From the NCBI GenBank assembly GCA_965223335.1, contig OZ244991.1:1152001-1216000 (forward strand): a DNA stretch of 64,000 nt, written 5' to 3'. Shown in pieces: positions 30,887-39,620 of this stretch. Below the pieces are notes generated by a model. The model saw only the letters and a list, made by a program, of their open reading frames with translations. It did no database searches and was not told where the DNA came from. The position numbers and the translations under genes were made by a program. The DNA comes from Thermodesulfobacteriota bacterium (lineage in GTDB: Bacteria; Desulfobacterota_D; UBA1144; Nemesobacterales; UBA2774). The first letter of the stretch is position 1; each line of letters begins with the position of its first letter.

Positions 30887-31063
30887 CTTGCCCTCCATTT
30901 TTTTGGTCTCTAATTCTATCACCAGTCTGAATCATATCAAAAACCGATCTTAATTCCAACTGATACAGTTTTAAGACCGCTCCGAAGAACGCCGAGTCTA
31001 AAACTTGACTAGCTACGCTTAACATGACCGGGTTTTCGGTCCGGTTGCTGCTGGTTTCTGTTC

Positions 31064-31092
31064 TTGACAGTGTGTAGAATATATTAGAGAAT
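31064..31092 (+). promoter_or_regulatory. sigma70 promoter of tRNA-Val
   Basis: TTGACA-17 bp-GAGAAT, ending 22 nt before the tRNA. Confidence 0.6.
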
Positions 31093-31114
31093 TAACGGTC
31101 TGGAAATTGTTAGA

Positions 31115-31189
31115 GAGCGCGTAGCTCAGGGGGAGAGCGCTTGCTTGACACGCAAGAGGTCGCTGGTTCAAATCCTGCCGCGCTCACCA
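31115..31189 (+). tRNA. tRNA-Val(GAC)
   Basis: Acceptor GAGCGCG/CGCGCTC, D stem GCTC/GAGC, anticodon stem CTTGC/GCAAG with loop TTGACAC, TTCAAAT T-loop, encoded CCA; a U-U mismatch in the T stem is present in both copies. Confidence 0.97.
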
Positions 31190-31255
31190 CTTTTATTGAG
31201 TTATTTGTATGGGTTATCCCAGCTTTTTGCAAGCCCCAAAAAAGTTCACAAATCG

Positions 31256-31276
31256 AAATTGTTACTATTTTGTTAC
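31256..31276 (+). repeat. tandem TGTTAC repeat, putative integrase arm-type site (left)
   Basis: AAATTGTTACTATTTTGTTAC; near-identical copy at 32140-32161. Confidence 0.7.
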
Positions 31277-31322
31277 TCGTGTTTAGCCTGAGATTAACGT
31301 TTGGGCGTTAGATGCTCTCTTG

Positions 31323-31338
31323 TTATTGTGATTTCTTA
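31323..31338 (+). repeat. 16-bp direct repeat flanking the cargo ORF (left)
   Basis: TTATTGTGATTTCTTA, exact copy at 32073-32088. Confidence 0.75.
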
Positions 31339-31444
31339 GCTGTTGTTATCACGTTTGCCTTCCCATATGTACCAGCGGATAGCTCGCATTTTGACACGCT
31401 CCTACATTATTTATTGTTAGTTGCTTTTATGAATACGCCCATAT

Positions 31445-31897
31445 TTAACCCGGTTGACATTTTCGGATGAGGTATGAGATTGCATCTTTTATCTTTGCCG
31501 ATACCTCATCATATCCTTGATTGGTCGCAATTGGATCAGGATAAATCTGAGCCTGTCGATAGGGCCGCGCACTAGATCCTATCGTACAGTAAATAGATGA
31601 GCTCTCCCCGAAATGCAACACGATTTGAATTGTAAAAGAATACTCCGACTCAATAGATACAGACAAGGTTGAGATCAAGGGGCTGCTGACCACGTTTTCT
31701 TTTTCGTCAATAAGTATGACCTTGTATTCCTGTTCCTTTAGGTGTTCTGCAACTTCTTTCAGACATGGGCTTATACATTTTTGTACAAATTCATGTGCCT
31801 CTTTTTCGTTAGACAAGTGAGCGTATGCTGCATCCTTGCCGGTAAAACTCTTTATAGCATTGTCAATATCGATCTTCCATTGTGGTTTTTCTGACAT
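31445..31897 (-). CDS. hypothetical protein (islet cargo)
   Basis: 150-aa ORF with GAGGT RBS; only credible ORF between the att repeats. Confidence 0.72.
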   Translation of the reverse strand: MSEKPQWKIDIDNAIKSFTGKDAAYAHLSNEKEAHEFVQKCISPCLKEVAEHLKEQEYKVILIDEKENVVSSPLISTLSVSIESEYSFTIQIVLHFGESSSIYCTIGSSARPYRQAQIYPDPIATNQGYDEVSAKIKDAISYLIRKCQPG

Positions 31898-32072
31898 GCC
31901 TAGTTACCTCTTGCTTGTTTTTTCTGAACTCTACACTTGAAAAAAAGGGCACCAGAAACTACCGTCTGATACCGCCTGAGCCTGTATCTGGTTATGCAGG
32001 CTTGACGGGTGATCTTCTACATATTGTAACTCATTTAGTATGTGTCGGCATGGGAATATGTATCGCTCGTTA

Positions 32073-32088
32073 TTATTGTGATTTCTTA
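32073..32088 (+). repeat. 16-bp direct repeat flanking the cargo ORF (right)
   Basis: TTATTGTGATTTCTTA. Confidence 0.75.
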
Positions 32089-32139
32089 TTTTATTTTCGT
32101 CAATAACCTAGAGGCTTGCTTACTCGCAGAGACACCTAA

Positions 32140-32161
32140 AAATTGTTACTATTTTTGTTAC
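32140..32161 (+). repeat. tandem TGTTAC repeat, putative integrase arm-type site (right)
   Basis: AAATTGTTACTATTTTTGTTAC, one T longer than the left copy. Confidence 0.7.
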
Positions 32162-32291
32162 CATTTTCAGCGAAGTACTAGCATTTTAGGTATATTTCCG
32201 TATTCTTTAGTAACTTGCATAACTACGCAAGTGCTTGTTTTCGTTAAATTTGTAATATTGTATAATGGTTATGTATTGTATGATGTGAGTG

Positions 32292-32337
32292 TTGACACGC
32301 AAGAGGTCGCTGGTTCAAATCCTGCCGCGCTCACCAC
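32292..32337 (+). repeat. att site: duplicated 3' part of tRNA-Val
   Basis: TTGACACGCAAGAGGTCGCTGGTTCAAATCCTGCCGCGCTCACCAC identical to 31145-31190; no tRNA 5' half upstream. Confidence 0.93.
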
Positions 32338-32362
32338 GATACCAATTAATTTATCTATTAAT

Positions 32363-34297
32363 ATGAGCGAAGTACAAATAAATTTTCCTGACGGGTCAAC
32401 GAAGTCCTTTACCAAAGGTACGAGTGTGGGCGATATTCTAAAAGCATCGGGGATAATGCAAGACGTCGTTGGTGCACTTGTGGATGGAAGCCTTGTGGAT
32501 TTCTGGCACGAAGTCGAGCACGACGCATCATTTGAGCCTGTGGTGTTCGGATCCGACCAGGGTCTCCACCTTATCCGCCATACCGCAGCTCATATCATGG
32601 CAGAGGCGGTCCAGGCTATTTTCCCTGAGGCCAAGGTAACCATAGGCCCTGTCATTGATAACGGTTTTTACTATGATTTTGATTTCCCCAGGGGCTTTAC
32701 TCCCGAGGACCTGGAGCAGATCGAGAAAAAGATGCAGGAGATTGTAAAGGAGAAAAAACCGCTTGTTAGGAGAAAAGTGTCTCGGGAAGACGCAATAAAA
32801 ACATTCGGTGATATGGGAGAGAGTTATAAGGTAGAGATAATAGAGGACCTGCCCCCAGACGAGATGATCACCATATATGACCAGGACGGGTGGTACGATC
32901 TCTGCCGCGGCCCCCATGCCCAGTCAACAGGCACTGTAAAGGCGTTTAAGTTGCTTAGCATTGCGGGGGCGTACTGGAGAGGCGATGAGCACAACCCCAT
33001 GCTCCAGCGTATTTACGGCACGGCGTTTTGGAACAAAAAGGAGCTTAAGGACTATATAGCCAAGCTTGAAGAGGCTAAGAAACGAGACCACAGGCGGCTT
33101 GGGCGCGAACTCGACCTATTTAGCATCCAAGAAGACATAGGCCCGGGTCTTGTGCTCTGGCACCCAAAGGGGGCCAAGATCAGAAGGATCATCGAAGACT
33201 TTTGGAAGACTCAGCACGACAGATTCGGCTACGAGCTCCTCTACACCCCGCACATTGCCAAACTCGACCTCTGGAAAACAAGCGGGCATGTGGATTTTTA
33301 CAAAGAGAATATGTACTCCCCAATGGAAGTGGAAAACTCCGAGTATCAGATAAAACCCATGAACTGCCCGTTCCATATTATGATCTACAAGTCCGGTATC
33401 CGGAGCTACAGGGACCTTCCCCTCAGATGGGCCGAGGTAGGCACTGTGTACCGCTACGAGAGGTCTGGTGTGTTACACGGGCTACTTAGGGTCAGGGGAT
33501 TCTCACAGGACGACGCCCATATATTCTGTAGACCCGACCAGATTGAGCAAGAGGTGCTCGGCGTGTTAGATCTCACTGTTTACTTTCTGCAGACATTCGG
33601 TTTCGACGACTACGAAATTTATCTGTCCACAAGGCCCGAGAAGTTTGTGGGCACCGAAGACGTATGGGAAAAGGCAACAGAGGCGCTTAGAAATGCTTTA
33701 AATAAAAAAGGCCTGCCCTATGAGATGGACGAGGGCGGGGGTGCATTCTACGGGCCCAAGATCGATCTTAAGATTAAAGATGTTTTGGGCAGAGCTTGGC
33801 AGTGCTCTACAGTTCAGGTAGATTTTAACCTCCCGGATCGGTTTGATATGAGCTTTATCGGCGAAGACAATAGCCGCCATCAGCCGATCATGATCCATCG
33901 GGCTGTGTTCGGTTCGATAGAAAGGTTCTTTGGGATTTTAATTGAGCACTATGGAGGGGCGTTTCCGCTCTGGCTTAGCCCTGCGCAGGTTCGTATTGCG
34001 ACTATCGCAGATGATCAGATCACCTATGCCGATAGTGTATACGACGAACTTGTATATAATAATATAAGGGTCGAGAAGGATTACCGGAACGAGAAACTGG
34101 GCTTTAAGGTGAGAGAGGCTCAAATGGAAAAGATTCCTTACCTCCTTGTCATAGGGGCTAAGGAGGAGGAACAAAAATTGGTAGCTCCTAGAAAACTGGG
34201 GGGCACCAATTTAGATTCGATGAGTACAAAAGAGTTTTTAGATATTATTAGTGTTGAGAATAATCCTGATGCATGGAGGGAGGAAAATAAGAAATAG
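32363..34297 (+). CDS. thrS: threonine--tRNA ligase
   Basis: TGS domain from MSEVQINFPDG, RHTAAH, DLCRGPH, RDHRRLG, KPMNCP, FYGPKID, IHRA; real start 32363. Confidence 0.99.
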   Translation: MSEVQINFPDGSTKSFTKGTSVGDILKASGIMQDVVGALVDGSLVDFWHEVEHDASFEPVVFGSDQGLHLIRHTAAHIMAEAVQAIFPEAKVTIGPVIDNGFYYDFDFPRGFTPEDLEQIEKKMQEIVKEKKPLVRRKVSREDAIKTFGDMGESYKVEIIEDLPPDEMITIYDQDGWYDLCRGPHAQSTGTVKAFKLLSIAGAYWRGDEHNPMLQRIYGTAFWNKKELKDYIAKLEEAKKRDHRRLGRELDLFSIQEDIGPGLVLWHPKGAKIRRIIEDFWKTQHDRFGYELLYTPHIAKLDLWKTSGHVDFYKENMYSPMEVENSEYQIKPMNCPFHIMIYKSGIRSYRDLPLRWAEVGTVYRYERSGVLHGLLRVRGFSQDDAHIFCRPDQIEQEVLGVLDLTVYFLQTFGFDDYEIYLSTRPEKFVGTEDVWEKATEALRNALNKKGLPYEMDEGGGAFYGPKIDLKIKDVLGRAWQCSTVQVDFNLPDRFDMSFIGEDNSRHQPIMIHRAVFGSIERFFGILIEHYGGAFPLWLSPAQVRIATIADDQITYADSVYDELVYNNIRVEKDYRNEKLGFKVREAQMEKIPYLLVIGAKEEEQKLVAPRKLGGTNLDSMSTKEFLDIISVENNPDAWREENKK

Positions 34298-34881
34298 TTA
34301 GGCAAAGAGGCAGAGGGTTTCGCAAACGTGAACCCGAGATTCGAGTTAACCAGCGAATAAGAGCATCGGAGATACGAGTGATTGCTGAAGACGGCGCTCA
34401 ACTCGGGATAATGCCGACTGCCGAAGCATTAAAGTTGTCTCAGGAACAAGGAGTTGACCTTGTCGAGATTTCTCCGAATGCAAAACCCCCCGTGTGCAGG
34501 TTGATGGACTATGGCAAATACAAATATGAACTCAAGAAACAGGCCAGCGCAAAAAAACAAAAACCTCAGGTGCTCAAGGAGGTCAAGTTTCGTCCTAACA
34601 TAGGTGATCATGACCTCGATGTAAAAATTAATCGCATCAGGTCGTTTCTGGAAGACGATCATAAGACGAAGATAAGGATTTTTTACAGAGGACGTGAGAT
34701 TGTACACCCTCAAATCGGGCAGATGCTTGCCAACAAAATATTAGAGAGGGTAGCGGATTTGGGAGGGGTGGACACTCCACCCAAGATGGAGGGTAAAAAC
34801 CTCACAATGGTTATTGCTCCCAAGAAAAAAACTCAAGGTGGTAAAGAAAATGCCAAAGAACAAAGTCAAGACCAATCGTAG
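34294..34881 (+). CDS. infC: translation initiation factor IF-3, probable non-canonical ATA start
   Basis: Conserved RVNQRIRASEIRVI lies upstream of the called GTG 34378; frame opens after TAA 34288-34290; ATA 34294 follows GGAGG; DLVEISP, PPVC, DYGKYKYE, KEVKFRP. Confidence 0.95.
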   Translation: MVRQRGRGFRKREPEIRVNQRIRASEIRVIAEDGAQLGIMPTAEALKLSQEQGVDLVEISPNAKPPVCRLMDYGKYKYELKKQASAKKQKPQVLKEVKFRPNIGDHDLDVKINRIRSFLEDDHKTKIRIFYRGREIVHPQIGQMLANKILERVADLGGVDTPPKMEGKNLTMVIAPKKKTQGGKENAKEQSQDQS

Positions 34882-35053
34882 TGCCGCAAAGAGGTTTAAG
34901 CTCACGGCTTCGGGTAAGGTAAAAAGAGCGCGGGGCGGCGGCAGCCACCTAAACGTCAAAAAAGCCAGAAAGCGCAAAAGACGGTTGAATTCCGCTGAGT
35001 TTATAGAGGGAAATGAGGCCAGGAGAATAAAAAGATATATACCTTACGTTTAA
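34850..35053 (+). CDS. rpmI: 50S ribosomal protein L35
   Basis: MPKNKVKTNRSAAKRFKLTASGKVKR; start ATG 34850 overlaps the infC end. Confidence 0.97.
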   Translation: MPKNKVKTNRSAAKRFKLTASGKVKRARGGGSHLNVKKARKRKRRLNSAEFIEGNEARRIKRYIPYV

Positions 35054-35102
35054 ACGGTGTATTATTATAAAGTGTAGTTACTAGATTAAGGAGATCCCCC
35101 CA

Positions 35103-35456
35103 ATGCGAGTTAAACGAGGAGTACCATCCAGGAAAAGAAGAAAGCGGCTTCTAAAGCAGGCTAAAGGGTACTGGGGAAGAAGAAAAAACAATATAAGAAG
35201 GGCAAAAGAAACTGTTTTACGTGCATTAGCCTATTCTTACAGAGACAGACGCCAAAGAAAGAGGGACTTCAGAAGGCTTTGGATTACACGCATAAATGCG
35301 GCTGTAAGACCACACGGTCTTTCGTACAGCACGTTTATGGGCTCTCTTAAGAAAGCGGGTGTTGAACTCGACAGAAAAACGCTTGCAGAGATGGCCATAC
35401 ACGAGCCCGAGAGTTTCAAGGCTGTCGTGGATGTTGCCAAGACTGGTCTTAACTAA
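35103..35456 (+). CDS. rplT: 50S ribosomal protein L20
   Basis: [33 protein letters not shown]. Confidence 0.99.
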   Translation: MRVKRGVPSRKRRKRLLKQAKGYWGRRKNNIRRAKETVLRALAYSYRDRRQRKRDFRRLWITRINAAVRPHGLSYSTFMGSLKKAGVELDRKTLAEMAIHEPESFKAVVDVAKTGLN

Positions 35457-35527
35457 GCCGTAAACCGCTGTATTTTCATCCGAGCAATTTATCTACGTGT
35501 ATTTTGTTAGTGGGCGAGTTGCGTCTC

Positions 35528-36187
35528 TCACTCTGTTTCATGCGGGTCGGACTCTAATGGACAGCCTTCACATAAAGGGTTTTTTTTCCGACACCGTTCT
35601 TTCCCAAGCCTTACAATCAGTGCGTGATATTCATTGAATAGAGCTGTGTCCTCGGGCAGAGAATCTACAAACAGCTCCTGTATCTCATAGTAGGTGGAGT
35701 CTCGGGGTACAAGGCCGTGTCTGCTAAAAATCCTGTGCGTATAGGCATCGACTACAAAGGCTGGTTTATTGCAGGCATACAGTAATATAGAGTCGGCAGT
35801 CTCAGGGCCGATCCCTTTAATTGATAACAGTTTTTCCCTAAGTCTATCGTTAGGCTCCAAGCAGGTTTTTTTTAGATCACTACCATATTCGGTATAAAGA
35901 AAGTTAACCAGGTTCTTTATCTTTTTAGCCTTCTCGTTGTAGTAACCCGAGGGTCGTATGAGCTCCGCCAGAGTCTCGGTAGGTACCGACAAAAGGTTTT
36001 TAATTGTAAGCGGCTCTGCACGCTTTAGGTTGGTAATGGCTTTTTCTACATTGGTCCACGAGGTGTTTTGTGTGAGTATGGCCCCCACCATACACTCTAG
36101 CGCAGTATCGGCAGGCCACCAGTGCTGCGGTCCGTAGTGGTTGTATAGGAGTTTGTAAAGGAGCTCTAATCTCTCTTTTCTAGTCAT
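35528..36187 (-). CDS. endonuclease III-related HhH-GPD protein
   Basis: WWPA, GAILTQNTSW, LLSIKGIGPETADSI, VVDAY, C-terminal Cys cluster. Confidence 0.92.
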   Translation of the reverse strand: MTRKERLELLYKLLYNHYGPQHWWPADTALECMVGAILTQNTSWTNVEKAITNLKRAEPLTIKNLLSVPTETLAELIRPSGYYNEKAKKIKNLVNFLYTEYGSDLKKTCLEPNDRLREKLLSIKGIGPETADSILLYACNKPAFVVDAYTHRIFSRHGLVPRDSTYYEIQELFVDSLPEDTALFNEYHALIVRLGKERCRKKNPLCEGCPLESDPHETE

Positions 36188-36239
36188 AAGAGAGACTACA
36201 TTATAACCCTATATGGTTTTCTTGGCACCCGTTACGGTT

Positions 36240-37085
36240 CTACTCAGTTGTAATGGGGTTGTTCTCGGCTTTATCCGAAGCCTCATAGTATGGTATTGCC
36301 TCAGGCAGCCAAGTCTTAAGGTTGTTAATTCGGGTACCATAGCCCGGGTGCGTGGACAAAAACTCTGGCGGCTGAGGTTTCCCTTTTACCGCAGCGTCCA
36401 TTCGTTCCCAAAACCCCACGGCCTCGCGCGGGTCGTATCCGGCTTTTGCCATGTATATGAGTCCGATTCTGTCTGCCTCCGACTCCTGTCCGCGGCTAAA
36501 TGGCAGGAGCGCCCCCACCTGTACCCCAAGGCCATAGGCCTGCATAATAGCTGTGGCCACATAGGGGTTTGTGCCCCCGAGCGCAGCGCTTAGCCCCGTG
36601 GCACCTACCTGTGCCAGTATCCCTGTCGATACTCGCTCACCACCGTGGCGTGCGGCTACATGTGCCACCTCGTGTGCCATAACGGTTGCGAGCCCCGCAT
36701 CATTCTGCGCGACCGGCAATATACCCGTATACACAGCCACCTTCCCACCCGGCAGCGCAAACGCGTTAATCTGTTCACTGTTATCGATTACCTTGAAATC
36801 CCACTCATACGCCGGGGTGTCTGAGACAGCGGCTATCCTGTCCCCGACCCTTGTGACAGCGCTATTATAAGTAGTGTTGTAAGAGACTTTCTCGTCCTTA
36901 AGCACCTCTTGGAACGCAAGGAGCCCCATCTCGTTTTCCTGCTCCTGCGACAAGAGCATTAGCTGTGAGCGGCCCGTGACAGGTGCTTTTGCACATGCAA
37001 GCAGTATTAGACCCAGCACCAATAATACCGCAAGTGTCCCTGCTCCGACCGACCGGTTAATTTTTCTAAGTGATAATGTTGACAT
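36240..37085 (-). CDS. M48 family metallopeptidase lipoprotein
   Basis: Lipobox LLAC, NAFALPGG, HEVAH, ESEAD, FLSTHP. Confidence 0.95.
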   Translation of the reverse strand: MSTLSLRKINRSVGAGTLAVLLVLGLILLACAKAPVTGRSQLMLLSQEQENEMGLLAFQEVLKDEKVSYNTTYNSAVTRVGDRIAAVSDTPAYEWDFKVIDNSEQINAFALPGGKVAVYTGILPVAQNDAGLATVMAHEVAHVAARHGGERVSTGILAQVGATGLSAALGGTNPYVATAIMQAYGLGVQVGALLPFSRGQESEADRIGLIYMAKAGYDPREAVGFWERMDAAVKGKPQPPEFLSTHPGYGTRINNLKTWLPEAIPYYEASDKAENNPITTE

Positions 37086-37224
37086 TTGTTAACCCCTCCG
37101 ACAGTAAGTAAACCCTTATTTAAATATTATAACAAACAATTACCGTTTTTGGGGAACTCTCGTAATAACTATGCAAGTGTACCTGTACTTAGTGGCACAC
37201 CTGCATAGTTTGTAGTCAGTTTTG

Positions 37225-38412
37225 TTAGGCCTTAACCTTTACCAGGTTAGCCTCTTTCATCCTTCTGATGCCTTCGTCAATATCCTCATCGGCACACGCA
37301 TATGTAACACGTATGTACCCTTCGCCTTGGCTACCAAAAGCGGTACCTGCGACTACTGCTACACCTACCGTTTCAACTAGACGGTCTGTGAATTCCTGTG
37401 AGCTTAGACCTGTACCTGTAATGTCTGCAAAAGCGTAGAACGCACCATCCGGACTGTCGCATTTAATGCCCGGCACGGTGTTTAGGCCGGCAACCATACG
37501 GTCGCGTTTCTGTTCCAGTAGTTTTGTTTTTTCTATCACCCAGTCCTGCGGCCCCGAGATGGCTGCATAGGCTGCTTTCTGTATGAAAGCCGCAACGTTT
37601 GTGATCGAGTCCTGTAAGAAGATCGAGAGTTTATCGATCACAGGTTTAGGTGCAACTGCCCACCCGATTCTCCAACCCGTCATTGCATAGGTTTTTGAGA
37701 ATGTATCGATCACGATGGTCCTGTCTTCCATCCCTGGTATTGCTTCCACGGTTTTGTGGGGCTTGCCGAATGTCACATGTGAAAAAATTTCATCAGAAAT
37801 CACCATCACATGCGGGTGCTTAAAGCAGAGCTCGGCTATGGCTTCTGGGTTCTCCACAAGGTGGCCGTTTGGTCTCTGCGGGGTGTTGATAATGATCAGT
37901 TTTGTTTTTGGCGTTATCAGACTATCCAGTTTTTCTACATCAAACTGCCAGTCGGGTTTTGTAAGAGGAGTGTGTTTGATATTGGCCCTCACATATTTGG
38001 CCCATACCTCATCGGGCGGATAGCCCGGGTTTGGGAATATCACATCGTCGTCCTCTTCCAGGAACGTCAACAGCGACATTGTCAGGGCGTGTTTAGCCCC
38101 GGCGGTTACAATTACTTCTTCGGGTACGGTTTTCCGTCCCCTACCTGTCATCTCTTCTGCAATCGCTTCACGCAGCTCCGGGAGTCCCGGCCCCGGATCA
38201 TATCTCACATAACCTTCTCTAAGCGCTCTCTCGGTAGCTTCGAGTATGTGTGGGGGGGTGTCGAAATCCGGTCCCTGGTAATCCCCTTTCTCAAAGTGGA
38301 TTATCTTCTGACCGGTTTTTTTCTCCAGTTCCCTGGCTACCCTCATGCTGGCCCACTGCTTAGGTGGCACGAAATGACTTATCTTAGAACTGAATGGATA
38401 AGAGTCTGGCAT
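37225..38412 (-). CDS. PLP-dependent aminotransferase class I/II
   Basis: GLPELREAIA, SDEIF, TFSKTYAMTGWRIG; start ATG 38412 after AGGAGG. Confidence 0.93.
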   Translation of the reverse strand: MPDSYPFSSKISHFVPPKQWASMRVARELEKKTGQKIIHFEKGDYQGPDFDTPPHILEATERALREGYVRYDPGPGLPELREAIAEEMTGRGRKTVPEEVIVTAGAKHALTMSLLTFLEEDDDVIFPNPGYPPDEVWAKYVRANIKHTPLTKPDWQFDVEKLDSLITPKTKLIIINTPQRPNGHLVENPEAIAELCFKHPHVMVISDEIFSHVTFGKPHKTVEAIPGMEDRTIVIDTFSKTYAMTGWRIGWAVAPKPVIDKLSIFLQDSITNVAAFIQKAAYAAISGPQDWVIEKTKLLEQKRDRMVAGLNTVPGIKCDSPDGAFYAFADITGTGLSSQEFTDRLVETVGVAVVAGTAFGSQGEGYIRVTYACADEDIDEGIRRMKEANLVKVKA

Positions 38413-38478
38413 CGTAAATACCTCCTTATATATATTAAAAATGGTTTCCTTACCACAACCCATAATTCTCTATTTTAT

Positions 38479-39105
38479 TTAGTGTTTCGATAAAACTCCT
38501 TCCGATATAACGTTGTATACCTCCTCGGCTATATCCGTAGCCGATTTGTCGGCTTTGTAAAAAAACATCACCGATCTTACCAATCCAAATATTATTAGTG
38601 CTGCAAGCTCTGGGTTTTGGATCTTAAATGACCCCTCTCGGATTCCTTTGTTCAGTATCTTTTCATATAGCTTTATCCTTCTTAGCCTCCAGTGCTCTGT
38701 AAACTCGTAATGCTCTCGGATCAGGTGTGTTTCATCCCTGCTCAGTATACGCAGAGCGTCAAGGTTCTGACGGTAGAATTTAAATATGAGCTGCAGGATT
38801 TTCTTAAGCTTCTGGGGTGCGGGGTCGTTCTTGGCAATCTCCCTCTCAAGGAGCGACTCAATCGACTCATAAGTGTCTTCCAGGATTTCCAAGTATAGCT
38901 TTTCCTTCGATTCGAAGTACAGATAGATGGTACCTTTGGCTACACCCACATTTTCAGCCAGTTCGTCCATTGTGACATCATGATAGCTCTTGGATGAGAA
39001 AAGTGTGGATGCGGCCTTCATTATCTCTTCTTTCCGGCCTACCTTGCCCTTAGGCCGATCCTGTCTCTTTAGTTTCTTTTCCACTATCTTTTTCGCTTTA
39101 GCCAT
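38479..39105 (-). CDS. TetR/AcrR family transcriptional regulator
   Basis: HTH TMDELAENVGVAKGTIYLYFESKE. Confidence 0.96.
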   Translation of the reverse strand: MAKAKKIVEKKLKRQDRPKGKVGRKEEIMKAASTLFSSKSYHDVTMDELAENVGVAKGTIYLYFESKEKLYLEILEDTYESIESLLEREIAKNDPAPQKLKKILQLIFKFYRQNLDALRILSRDETHLIREHYEFTEHWRLRRIKLYEKILNKGIREGSFKIQNPELAALIIFGLVRSVMFFYKADKSATDIAEEVYNVISEGVLSKH

Positions 39106-39125
39106 TATTCAACCCATCACAGTGA

Positions 39126-39169
39126 ACTGACTAGTCAGTCAATATAGTATAAAACAAATTTTTTGTCAA
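39126..39169 (-). promoter_or_regulatory. sigma70 promoter with overlapping palindromic operator for the TetR operon
   Basis: Minus strand TTGACA-17 bp-TATATT; palindrome ACTGACTAGTCAGT (39126-39139) over the expected +1. Confidence 0.72.
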
Positions 39170-39299
39170 GAATTTTTTTTTGCATTATAAAAATTAGCTA
39201 GAGAGTCTATTTTGGAGCTTAAATGAATTTAATGCCGAGATCTCAATACAGTGCAATAGGATTTAAAGTGATCTTAATAATTGTTTACAATTTAGGGGC

Positions 39300-39596
39300 A
39301 TGGATAGTCAATCATCCTATAACGATAGATGCGCTTTGTGCAAGAGACCCCTGCCGGCTAAACCCAGCCGCCACCATTTAGTACCGCGGGCATTCGGGGG
39401 TAGGGATATTGTGTATCTACACAGAATTTGCCACCGGCAAATACATGCCACATTTACCGAGAGGGAGCTCTTAAATCACTACAACACAATAGAGCGCATA
39501 TTGAGCCACCGAGGCATTCGTGAATTTGTATCGTGGGTAAAAAATAAACCACCCGAGTTTCATAAGAGGACTAAAACCAGGAAAAGTAGATCCTAA
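39300..39596 (+). CDS. small HNH endonuclease-like protein
   Basis: CALC, HHLVP...GG, LHRICHRQIH, F.ERELL. Confidence 0.85.
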   Translation: MDSQSSYNDRCALCKRPLPAKPSRHHLVPRAFGGRDIVYLHRICHRQIHATFTERELLNHYNTIERILSHRGIREFVSWVKNKPPEFHKRTKTRKSRS

Positions 39597-39620
39597 ACTG
39601 CCAGGTATTCCAACATATGT

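Larger units (their letters stand above)
31145..32337. mobile_element. integrase-less genomic islet inserted in tRNA-Val
   Basis: 46-bp exact direct repeat of the tRNA 3' part (31145-31190 and 32292-32337) starting at the anticodon loop; AT-rich interior with one ORF and internal repeats. Confidence 0.85.

Noticed and set aside
32292..32337. Second tRNA-Val gene
   Set aside because: Only the part from the anticodon loop onward is present, with no acceptor 5' strand or D arm; it is an att duplication.
32042..32362. 107-aa N-terminal extension of ThrS in the ORF track
   Set aside because: It runs through the islet's AT-rich end and the att repeat; ThrS homology begins at ATG 32363.
32160..32362. 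T-box or E. coli-type operator upstream of thrS
   Set aside because: No T-box consensus or terminator/antiterminator seen; the tRNA-like piece is Val-derived and explained by integration.
37810..38493. 227-aa plus-strand ORF and other long antisense ORFs (e.g. 44430-44969, 51884-52501, 54617-55108)
   Set aside because: They shadow well-supported genes on the opposite strand and have no motifs.
39300..39596. HNH protein as a homing endonuclease or mobile element
   Set aside because: Small stand-alone HNH-like protein with no intron, intein, terminal repeats or target duplication around it.
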